From a virus, in the IMG/VR virus record IMGVR_UViG_3300046733_001096, positions 1-64,000 of that record: a DNA stretch of 64,000 nucleotides. One strand, 5' to 3'. How positions within the stretch are numbered: position 1 is the stretch's first letter; each line of letters begins with the position of its first letter. Below the pieces are notes generated by a model that was not told where the DNA came from, searched no databases, and saw only the letters and a list, made by a program, of their open reading frames with translations. Shown piece after piece: positions 49,355-56,901 of this stretch. The position numbers and the translations under genes were made by a program.

Positions 49355-49454
49355 AAAGTGTAAGATAAGCGACCTCAGCTTATAAAAAATGAGTGGCACT
49401 GGGAAAGACTAGGGTATTGCTTCCCTCAAGCATCAAACAATTTGGAGAAACTGA

Positions 49455-49649
49455 ATGACACTAAACCTATTTAGTGCCCTAGCAAATCTTTTTGGAGGAT
49501 TTCCTAATAGGGCAACAAAACGCTCAGACTTAATGACTTGGGCAAAAACAGAGTATGCACGTGATTGGGAATTTGCTTACCAATACATGCTTGATAACAG
49601 TGGCAAAGCGCCATCACACAGACACACACAAGGAATAACACATGATTAA
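49455..49649 (+). CDS. Small protein (TWAKTEY..DW.FAYQ motif)
   Basis: RBS GGAG; first gene of the plus-strand operon. Confidence 0.65.
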   Translation: MTLNLFSALANLFGGFPNRATKRSDLMTWAKTEYARDWEFAYQYMLDNSGKAPSHRHTQGITHD

Positions 49650-49878
49650 TAAACTAGTAATAGCATACAAAAATTTTAGAACCGAAATGGATTATAGAAA
49701 GAAAGTTCGTACAACAATCAAAGAACTGTCTGCACTTTCAAACTATGAACTAAATGATATCGGAATTTCACGTGGTGAAATATATAATATTGCAATCACA
49801 TCATATAATAAACCAGAACGTCTAGTAGTTGAAGATATTGAAATAACAGTAAATGAAAATCTAAGAGGGGCAGTATAA
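49642..49878 (+). CDS. DUF1127 (YjiS-like) small protein
   Basis: R.T..EL..LS..EL.DIGISRGEI signature. Confidence 0.88.
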   Translation: MINKLVIAYKNFRTEMDYRKKVRTTIKELSALSNYELNDIGISRGEIYNIAITSYNKPERLVVEDIEITVNENLRGAV

Positions 49879-50054
49879 TGACTACATTAGTAATGGAATA
49901 TACGGTAAATCCTTTTTGGAATGCTCTTAAAGTATTTGGTCGTGGCACATGGAACTTCTTAGAGTCAGTGGGATATGCAAGAGCCGCTGCTGAACTACAT
50001 CGTCAAGGCTTCTACAAAGAAGCTAAAGACTTGATGTTAATGGACAGGAGTTGA
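49878..50054 (+). CDS. Small protein (58 aa, not in ORF track)
   Basis: [58 protein letters not shown]; TAATG coupling, RBS GAGGGG. Confidence 0.7.
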   Translation: MTTLVMEYTVNPFWNALKVFGRGTWNFLESVGYARAAAELHRQGFYKEAKDLMLMDRS

Positions 50055-50058
50055 TACA

Positions 50059-50283
50059 ATGACAGGTGATATAGCAACTATGGGCGCAATGATTGGCGCC
50101 GGACTAGCAACATTAGGAATGGGTGGTGCTGCAATCGCAGTAGGAATTATTGTCGGTAGTGTATTTAAAGTTATGCCTAAAAAGCCTGACAACGGAACAA
50201 TGTTTATTGGTGTTGCATTTGCAGAAGCATTAGGTATCTTTGCATTCTTAGTAGCACTACTACTAATGTTTGCAGTTGTATAA
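50059..50283 (+). CDS. atpE: F0 ATP synthase subunit c homolog with altered loop
   Basis: [18 protein letters not shown] helix; [26 protein letters not shown] with the proton-binding Glu; RBS AGGAG. Confidence 0.88.
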   Translation: MTGDIATMGAMIGAGLATLGMGGAAIAVGIIVGSVFKVMPKKPDNGTMFIGVAFAEALGIFAFLVALLLMFAVV

Positions 50284-50504
50284 TGGTTGGTGAACAACAT
50301 ATGGAAATATCAGCACAAGTAGTGCAGAAGTTAGGTTTCTATATGTTTGTGATAATGACTTCACTACTAATAATATGCATAGGATTTGGTTTCTATGCAG
50401 TAATTGATAAGTTCAAAGAACCAAATTGGAAAGAGGCATGCCTTGAAAAGGGTGGAGTACCAGTTCAACTAGATAAATCAATGTTTGATTGTAAAGGAAT
50501 ATAA
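50283..50504 (+). CDS. Single-TM small protein with C-terminal Cys pair
   Basis: TAATG coupling to atpE; ACLEKGG...FDCK. Confidence 0.6.
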   Translation: MVGEQHMEISAQVVQKLGFYMFVIMTSLLIICIGFGFYAVIDKFKEPNWKEACLEKGGVPVQLDKSMFDCKGI

Positions 50505-50505
50505 T

Positions 50506-50640
50506 ATGTTAAAAAGATTTGTAAAAGCAATGGAATACCGTTCATACTGTATGGCAATTCGTGAATTACGCAACAAAGGCTTATATAAAGAAGCACAACG
50601 TGTCAGTGAATATAAGCACAATATGTATCCTACTACTTAG
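50506..50640 (+). CDS. Small protein (44 aa), similar to 49878..50054
   Basis: MLKRFVKAMEYRSYCMAIRELRNKGLYKEAQRVSEYKHNMYPTT; RBS AAGGA; shared Y..A..EL...G.YKEA. Confidence 0.6.
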   Translation: MLKRFVKAMEYRSYCMAIRELRNKGLYKEAQRVSEYKHNMYPTT

Positions 50641-50654
50641 TAGTATGATCGAAG

Positions 50655-50906
50655 TTAATTAGGACCAGCAATGAAATGTAGTTTGAGCATTATGCCTTCT
50701 ACATCTGCTGGTTCAAGATAAGGTATAACATCATCTCCGGTATGTATACCAGGTAGTTGAACAAAATTATTATCCTTGAACACTGCAATTTCATAAAGTT
50801 TTTTGCCTGGTTCTTGAATCACACTCAAATCATAATTACCAAAAGACCGTTTGGCTTGAAAGTGTTGCGGTCGTATTTCATTAAATTGTAAATCACAAAA
50901 ATTCAT
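50655..50906 (-). CDS. Hypothetical phage protein
   Basis: LSVI...LYEIAV...DDVIPYL pattern. Confidence 0.55.
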   Translation of the reverse strand: MNFCDLQFNEIRPQHFQAKRSFGNYDLSVIQEPGKKLYEIAVFKDNNFVQLPGIHTGDDVIPYLEPADVEGIMLKLHFIAGPN

Positions 50907-51114
50907 CTAACGTATCCTCAAATTTTTCTTCTATTAATTTAATATGCTTGCATTTTTTAAATGCCGGGCAATCACAAGTAAACCCCTTATCAGTCATTTT
51001 AATTGTATATATATTACCCTTGCTGCCTGATACATACCATTCAGTATCAACTGCCCAATGACCCTTAGTATTAATCAGGTCACTGGGAAATATACGTGGT
51101 CCATACTTTGCCAT
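50893..51114 (-). CDS. SWIM zinc-finger protein
   Basis: GSKGNIY...CDCPAFKKCKHI. Confidence 0.75.
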   Translation of the reverse strand: MAKYGPRIFPSDLINTKGHWAVDTEWYVSGSKGNIYTIKMTDKGFTCDCPAFKKCKHIKLIEEKFEDTLDEFL

Positions 51115-51455
51115 TATATAGTTTCAAATCCAAAGTTTGCTACAACTGAACGATTGCCATCAGCATCTTCAATAATATTTCCAACTGAAATACTAGACAT
51201 TTTTCCAAACCGCTCAATACGATCTTCTGGTCCAATATTTCCTACTTCAAAAACATGATCAAGGCTGTCAGCAATAATGTTTGCAACATGAGTATAACAT
51301 TCATCAAATTTCATAGCAGCCTCTTTAAAATTTCCAAATGTGGCATCTGCATATGCAGTTGCTTTTTCGTGACAATTCCAGCCCTCTTTATTAACTAGTT
51401 CTACTAGTTTTTCATCTAATTGAATTTGATAAACTTTGAAAACTTGAACTGACAT
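51114..51455 (-). CDS. YodL-like early protein
   Basis: KVYQI...LDHVFEVGN...SSISVGNII...GF. Confidence 0.55.
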   Translation of the reverse strand: MSVQVFKVYQIQLDEKLVELVNKEGWNCHEKATAYADATFGNFKEAAMKFDECYTHVANIIADSLDHVFEVGNIGPEDRIERFGKMSSISVGNIIEDADGNRSVVANFGFETI

Positions 51456-51486
51456 ATGAGATTTCCTTGTTGCTATCTATACATTC

Positions 51487-51515
51487 TTTATAGACTGATT
51501 CGTTTGAATTGTCAA
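51487..51515 (-). promoter_or_regulatory. Early promoter with CGAATCA spacer element
   Basis: TTGACA-N7-CGAATCA-N3-TATAAA. Confidence 0.75.
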
Positions 51516-51538
51516 GTATTATTTCACACTTTTAAATA

Positions 51539-51724
51539 TTAAGCCTCGTCAATTAGAGTAAAATATTCCTCTTCATCTTTGCTCAAGTAAATCGCATCAA
51601 AAAGATTTTCTGGCACAACGCCTAGACCAACTGCACGACGAGTTTGACAATAGTGTGCATAATCTTCACACTCTTTAATTTCTGGTAGATATGGGTGTGA
51701 TGAAACGATGATTTCTTGTGTCAT
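51539..51724 (-). CDS. Early hypothetical protein
   Basis: Preceded by a TTGACA-N17-TATAAA promoter at ~51756-51784. Confidence 0.5.
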   Translation of the reverse strand: MTQEIIVSSHPYLPEIKECEDYAHYCQTRRAVGLGVVPENLFDAIYLSKDEEEYFTLIDEA

Positions 51725-51780
51725 GTGATTCTCTTTCTTGTTAACTTATACATACTTTATATCAGTCGTATGTTAGGTTG

Positions 51781-52032
51781 TCAAGCAAAAAGTGGTTGCA
51801 TTGTTTCGAAAACTTTGTTGTAAGCATTAACTTCTGCTTCATAGTATTCATAAAAATCTGAGTCGTCAGTAAAATGTGCATGGTCACAATTATAACTGGC
51901 ACAATGTTCATCCCATACACGATTCATTGCTTCCATGCCTTCAAGCAAATCGCCACGACCATAAGAAGTCATTACTGTTTTAGCATCTTCAAAGGTAGTA
52001 TCAAACTTATAAAAACTAGGGATTCTAAACAT
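51781..52032 (-). CDS. Early hypothetical protein
   Basis: RBS GGAG; GANTC-type promoter upstream. Confidence 0.6.
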   Translation of the reverse strand: MFRIPSFYKFDTTFEDAKTVMTSYGRGDLLEGMEAMNRVWDEHCASYNCDHAHFTDDSDFYEYYEAEVNAYNKVFETMQPLFA

Positions 52033-52065
52033 ATTACATTCTCCGTTTTCTCAACTTATACATTC

Positions 52066-52094
52066 TTTATAAAGTGATTCGGTTAGAATGTCAA
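52066..52094 (-). promoter_or_regulatory. Early promoter with CGAATCA spacer element
   Basis: TTGACA-N7-CGAATCA-N3-TATAAA. Confidence 0.75.
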
Positions 52095-52101
52095 GTAAAA
52101 A

Positions 52102-52926
52102 CTAAGAAAAAATATTGTTTATATTGCCTTCAAATATAAAATGTCCAGTGTGGTCTAATTTTACCAAAGGATCAAGCCATATCTTACCATCAAGATTTTG
52201 CCATCGTCTACAAAACGCATAGTCTTCTGATAGATATCTTTTTGTATCAGGTTCTAGATATGTATCAAAGAATAAGTATGTCCATTTTGCAAACTCTGGA
52301 TCCATATTCAAATCATTATTAAAATAAAGATCGGGATATTCTTCAATCATTTTTATAATTACTTCACGCTTAATTAGCATGAAACCAGTTGCCGCATCTT
52401 TTAACTCTGTAAGACCATCTGTCATTTGTATTTGTGGTTCATCGCCGTCTAGATTATATCTAAAATTAAGTGCATAGTTTGAACCAACTGAATTTAATAA
52501 GTTTGCATCAATTGATGTATTATTTACAACATTATGTTTTATATTATTCCAGTTCAAATCTTTTTTAGGATATGCACCAACAATAATATCTTTATCATGT
52601 TGTAGCATATGTAAGATATCAAGTGCATCAAAATTTATATCTGCATCAATAAACATCATATGTGTTGCTTCTGGATTAGCCATGAAATATGCTACCATAT
52701 GACATCTAGCACGTGATACTAAACTTTCGTTTGCACTAGTAGTCAGGGAGTATGGTATTTCATGTTTTGTGAACATCATATGTGCACGTGTCCATGATCT
52801 AAAAAACGGTTCTGTTACCTGTCCTCCATAGCAAGGAGTACAGTAATGAACATGTGTTTTTCTTATGAAATCTAAATCAATTTCTTTTCTAAATTGCAGG
52901 CAATGTTCTAATGCGCTATTGTTCAA
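52102..52926 (-). CDS. GT-A fold glycosyltransferase-like protein
   Basis: TPCYGG, NESLVSRAR, FIDADI (DxD), GAYPKK, TGFMLIKR, LSEDYAFC. Confidence 0.8.
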   Translation of the reverse strand: MNNSALEHCLQFRKEIDLDFIRKTHVHYCTPCYGGQVTEPFFRSWTRAHMMFTKHEIPYSLTTSANESLVSRARCHMVAYFMANPEATHMMFIDADINFDALDILHMLQHDKDIIVGAYPKKDLNWNNIKHNVVNNTSIDANLLNSVGSNYALNFRYNLDGDEPQIQMTDGLTELKDAATGFMLIKREVIIKMIEEYPDLYFNNDLNMDPEFAKWTYLFFDTYLEPDTKRYLSEDYAFCRRWQNLDGKIWLDPLVKLDHTGHFIFEGNINNIFS

Positions 52927-52986
52927 TTTTTATCCGCTTCATCAATTTATAGTTATATTATATTATACACGATTCTAAAGTATTTG

Positions 52987-53664
52987 TCAACTTCTTTGAT
53001 CTTTAATCCAGTTCTTGGCCTGTGGCATAGATGGGGACTTAACTAAAAATTTATCAATTGCTCTATCAACTTCTAAGAAATTTGATTTACGTTCTGGATC
53101 TTCTAGGCCACCAGAGTTATCAACAATATGAAAATTTCCTGCGCCGAATAACTGCTGAAACTTCATAAGATTCTGCTGTACTGCTTGCCACATCTTAGTC
53201 ACTTGTTGTCTTGGTAAACTTCTAGGACGATTTTCATTGCGCTCTTGTGCGACATCTTCACTTGTATTAACAAATAACATCATTGTTTCATAGCCAAGTT
53301 CTTTTAATTGTTCATTTGCTTTTTGAACTTTTGCTACATCTTTGCCAGTGCCATCAATAATAAGTCCTAGACGGCCTTCGATATGCAATTGTTGTTTATT
53401 CTTTGTAATCTGTTTTGCACGATTACGAATTTCTTGTCCTTCATCAGAATAGATATCATCTGGAGTCAATTCTTTTCCTGCTTTATCCATCATATATTCA
53501 TAAATGTCATCTGAATTTACTGTTCTGAGACCAGTTCCTTTGAGCATCTTATTAGCAACAAAACTTTTGCCACTGCCAGGGCCGCCTGCCAGAAATACGG
53601 CTTTGAAAATATGAGGATCATTCACACCCTCTTCAATTGATTGTAGGATTTCATTGACACGCAT
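52987..53664 (-). CDS. P-loop kinase (zeta-toxin/AAA_33-like) with acidic leader
   Basis: AGGPGSGKS, VNSDD, IIDGTG, RN..R.R; late box at 53693. Confidence 0.75.
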   Translation of the reverse strand: MRVNEILQSIEEGVNDPHIFKAVFLAGGPGSGKSFVANKMLKGTGLRTVNSDDIYEYMMDKAGKELTPDDIYSDEGQEIRNRAKQITKNKQQLHIEGRLGLIIDGTGKDVAKVQKANEQLKELGYETMMLFVNTSEDVAQERNENRPRSLPRQQVTKMWQAVQQNLMKFQQLFGAGNFHIVDNSGGLEDPERKSNFLEVDRAIDKFLVKSPSMPQAKNWIKDQRS

Positions 53665-53696
53665 TTATACTTACTCCAATAATTTGTTACAGGTAT

Positions 53697-55793
53697 TTAT
53701 CTAGGATTCAAAACTGTTTGTGATTTTATTGATTCCCACGATGTGATACTATTTGCTATTTTAGGAGAAACATTATTAATAATTCTAGTATGGCGTGGTT
53801 TTATACTATTAGTAAATAGAATACGCTTTTCTTCTTCTTTAACCGCATTAAAATCTGCGCCCGGCGATTCATATGTTAGTTCATTTCTCACACTATATAA
53901 GTCACGTAAGATTTTCTTATATCCAGAAAGTTCTTCAATTATTATCATTGCTTGTTTTTTTTGTCCAGTTTGGAATATAACTGAATCTGATTCAGTATAT
54001 AATCTAATATCACTAATTGTATTTCTAATTAATGTCTGTTGTTCAGTTACATCTTTTCCTATAGTGGGTCTCCACTGTGATTTAAATGTTTTAGCGAGAA
54101 CTGACACTAGTGGTAATTTATTTCCTTTGTTGTCAGTAGTTATATGATTGCCCGCGGTATCTATAATATCTGCATCTGATGCAGCAGATGCAATTTGTGG
54201 ATTGGATGCAACACCTCTTAGGTCTGGTGTAACAATATTAGGCGCGGACCCACCTTGTGAAATACCAGCAATATCTTGGATACTAGGCGGTGAATCTAAC
54301 TCAGGAATAGGCAATTGAGGTGTTTCTCCTCTGGATGCAGCAGAAATATTAGATGATGTTGCTGATATTGAATTACTACCAGTTAACGGTTTTTTAACGA
54401 TACGTTCTGATCCATCAGATGAAGTAATGGTTTCAAATTCTGAACCTAATCCATTATTACCATTATATAAATCAAATAAGTATGAGTCTATTGGCTGATA
54501 GATACTTGCTGCTAAACTGAATGGCGATTGAGGGACTCCTGGCTGTGAAGATGCATTATCTATTGCACTACCAAGGATTGAGTCAACATCACCGGCAAAC
54601 GCACGAGGATCTACCGAGGTAGGGATATTAAATCCAGAATTACCTGTTGGCAACGGAGCATTTAATAGTCCAGCAGCATTTTTTAATGCAGGTGATCCCG
54701 TATTCATCAATACTGCTAATTTGCATGGATCCAACATCGCACCAGCCATTGTCATTGCTGCTAGTTTATCTGCTATCTGTGATGCCATATTTGCAATATT
54801 TGCTATTTCTCCAAAGATTTGGTTTGCCACACTTGATACAGCATTCATCGCACTTGATGCCATGTTACCTAAATCACCTAGTATGCCTTTAATATTTGGC
54901 AATGCCCCTATCACAGAAGCCAATGCTCCATTAACTACGCTAGATATATTACTTATTAATAAATTAATATTATCAGATATCGGACCAACTAATCCTGAAA
55001 TTATATTTGAAATATCACCTGAGATTCCATTAAAGAAATCCATAACACCAGTTTGATTGAGTATATTCAAGAGTGACGATTTTGCGCTATCCAATAGATT
55101 AAAGGCACTATCAAAACTACCTGACATTACACCCATTAATTCGTTGAATAGGCTACAACTATTATCTTGCTCACCAAAAGATTTATTAAGGCTTGACAAG
55201 GTGTCAGCATCTTGCAATGTCTGTGGTAAGTCTTGGATCTGTTGTTCAGTATGTAAATTTAAATTATTAAACATATCAATTGCAACAGTCCCCAACGTTG
55301 CACCAAGTAATATTTTATTAAAATCTAATCCAGTTTCCGCTAGTACTCCAGTAATAATTGTACTTTTAGCAAGAACGCTACCGCCATTACTGGTATCAGA
55401 TAACAAATTAAAAGAATCATTTGCACTACTTAATGATGAAACACCTGGACTTGAATTGTATTCTGTATAGTTTGCAATACCATCTGTAGAAATTATACTG
55501 TATGGATTAGTAAAGTTATTATCGGATAGTTCACTTGATATAATAGATAATGCTTCCTTTCTATTATATTGCTCTTCAGCCGCGTTTAATTCTGCTAACC
55601 GAGAAGGCGACAATTCAATTTTATTTGTTTCATCATAGTATTCTACCGGTGTATTAACTGTTTCGCCCAAAGACTCAAATATAATATCGTTTGCAGTAGG
55701 GGTATTTGATCCGGTTAGACTACCGCCACCTTTTCTTATAAATTCTTGATATAGTCTTTCAAATTCTGCTTCACTCATTGACATCTTATTCAC
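53697..55793 (-). CDS. Probable baseplate/tail-associated structural protein
   Basis: 698 aa, Ser/Asn/Ala-rich helical region, directly downstream of PAAR. Confidence 0.5.
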   Translation of the reverse strand: MNKMSMSEAEFERLYQEFIRKGGGSLTGSNTPTANDIIFESLGETVNTPVEYYDETNKIELSPSRLAELNAAEEQYNRKEALSIISSELSDNNFTNPYSIISTDGIANYTEYNSSPGVSSLSSANDSFNLLSDTSNGGSVLAKSTIITGVLAETGLDFNKILLGATLGTVAIDMFNNLNLHTEQQIQDLPQTLQDADTLSSLNKSFGEQDNSCSLFNELMGVMSGSFDSAFNLLDSAKSSLLNILNQTGVMDFFNGISGDISNIISGLVGPISDNINLLISNISSVVNGALASVIGALPNIKGILGDLGNMASSAMNAVSSVANQIFGEIANIANMASQIADKLAAMTMAGAMLDPCKLAVLMNTGSPALKNAAGLLNAPLPTGNSGFNIPTSVDPRAFAGDVDSILGSAIDNASSQPGVPQSPFSLAASIYQPIDSYLFDLYNGNNGLGSEFETITSSDGSERIVKKPLTGSNSISATSSNISAASRGETPQLPIPELDSPPSIQDIAGISQGGSAPNIVTPDLRGVASNPQIASAASDADIIDTAGNHITTDNKGNKLPLVSVLAKTFKSQWRPTIGKDVTEQQTLIRNTISDIRLYTESDSVIFQTGQKKQAMIIIEELSGYKKILRDLYSVRNELTYESPGADFNAVKEEEKRILFTNSIKPRHTRIINNVSPKIANSITSWESIKSQTVLNPR

Positions 55794-56095
55794 CCATTAA
55801 TATATGTTTTGGCTGCACCAGATGCTACTTTAATTCCACACGAATGAGAGTCATTGACTCTACCAAGTGGTCTACCGTTGACATAAACGTTAGGAGAACC
55901 TTGCACTAATGGAGTTACATGTGGAACACAAGACGGTGGTGATCCCATGGGTATATGGTGAGGAAAAGTTTTATCCCCTAGCCTATATGCAAGTTTACCT
56001 TCAATAATAACATTCTCACTGCCCATACCACACTTCCCAGGAGCACAAGGCGCATGGGGCGTTAACATATCTGTTGTTCTTGCAGCCTGTGGCAT
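55790..56095 (-). CDS. PAAR-repeat spike tip protein (T4 gp5.4-like)
   Basis: QAARTTD, LAYRLGD, PLGRVND; GS.NV repeats; His/Cys metal ligands. Confidence 0.88.
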   Translation of the reverse strand: MPQAARTTDMLTPHAPCAPGKCGMGSENVIIEGKLAYRLGDKTFPHHIPMGSPPSCVPHVTPLVQGSPNVYVNGRPLGRVNDSHSCGIKVASGAAKTYING

Positions 56096-56406
56096 TATGT
56101 AATTAATCCTGGTGTATCTGGCACAACTAATCCGCTTGTTGCGGCTCTATATGCATCAGTTGTTTCTTTATTTGTTTTTAACACTGCTACTACTTTGTCT
56201 GCACTAAATGCCACTTCACCTTCTGCATCACCTGTAATAGTGAAAGGCTGAAATGCAGCACCTTGTGGTCCAATTGCGATAGTCAGCGGGCGGGCAAGAA
56301 CAATTGTTTCAGTATTTTCACTTATCAATTTTCCTAATGCCTCTTGCCCACTCATAAGAGCAATGGTAACAATATCGTTTACTTTGTGTTTCGCTTGTAC
56401 TAACAT
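56095..56406 (-). CDS. Hypothetical protein (Sm-like fold possible)
   Basis: IVTIAL.SGQE.LGKL...Y..ATSGLVVP. Confidence 0.55.
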   Translation of the reverse strand: MLVQAKHKVNDIVTIALMSGQEALGKLISENTETIVLARPLTIAIGPQGAAFQPFTITGDAEGEVAFSADKVVAVLKTNKETTDAYRAATSGLVVPDTPGLIT

Positions 56407-56457
56407 TTTATCCTCATTCTATTATGTTATATTTATTCTTTTAATTAACTTATACTA

Positions 56458-56901
56458 TTATATGTCTCTGAATTTCAACGTATCTAAGATAAATTCTTTG
56501 GAGAAACGTTTCAAAACATCGAAGTCAGTGAGTGTATCCTCTACACGCTCAAGTATTCCACTACTCCTGTTTAATATCCATCCATCCACAACACATATAA
56601 GGTAGATATCACCGTATAGTAAATCGTGTATTAATAAAAGTTCAGGATCTTTATCTGGGCATGCATGATACACCGTATGGAAACAACCTAAACCGTTTCC
56701 ACTGTTAGTGTAAAATTCTTCACTGATATATTCCCATACATCAGGCCAAGTCGAGGGATTATCATAGTTAAATCCGTGACTATGATATTTTAAACTTTTC
56801 CACCAATCTACTACTTCTTGTAAGTTAGTTTCTGTGAAATTGTTTTTAAGTTCAAGTCTTCTCTGACGCCACTCATAAAGAAGTGTCGATTTGTCATTCA
56901 T
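56458..56901 (-). CDS. Hypothetical protein
   Basis: Operon context. Confidence 0.55.
   Translation of the reverse strand: MNDKSTLLYEWRQRRLELKNNFTETNLQEVVDWWKSLKYHSHGFNYDNPSTWPDVWEYISEEFYTNSGNGLGCFHTVYHACPDKDPELLLIHDLLYGDIYLICVVDGWILNRSSGILERVEDTLTDFDVLKRFSKEFILDTLKFRDI

Noticed and set aside
49394-49412. Cobalamin riboswitch (GCACTGGGAAAG resembles the B12 box)
   Set aside because: The other conserved core elements (GGGAA..GGUG, CCCGC.ACUGU, AG.CAG) are absent and the leader is too short.
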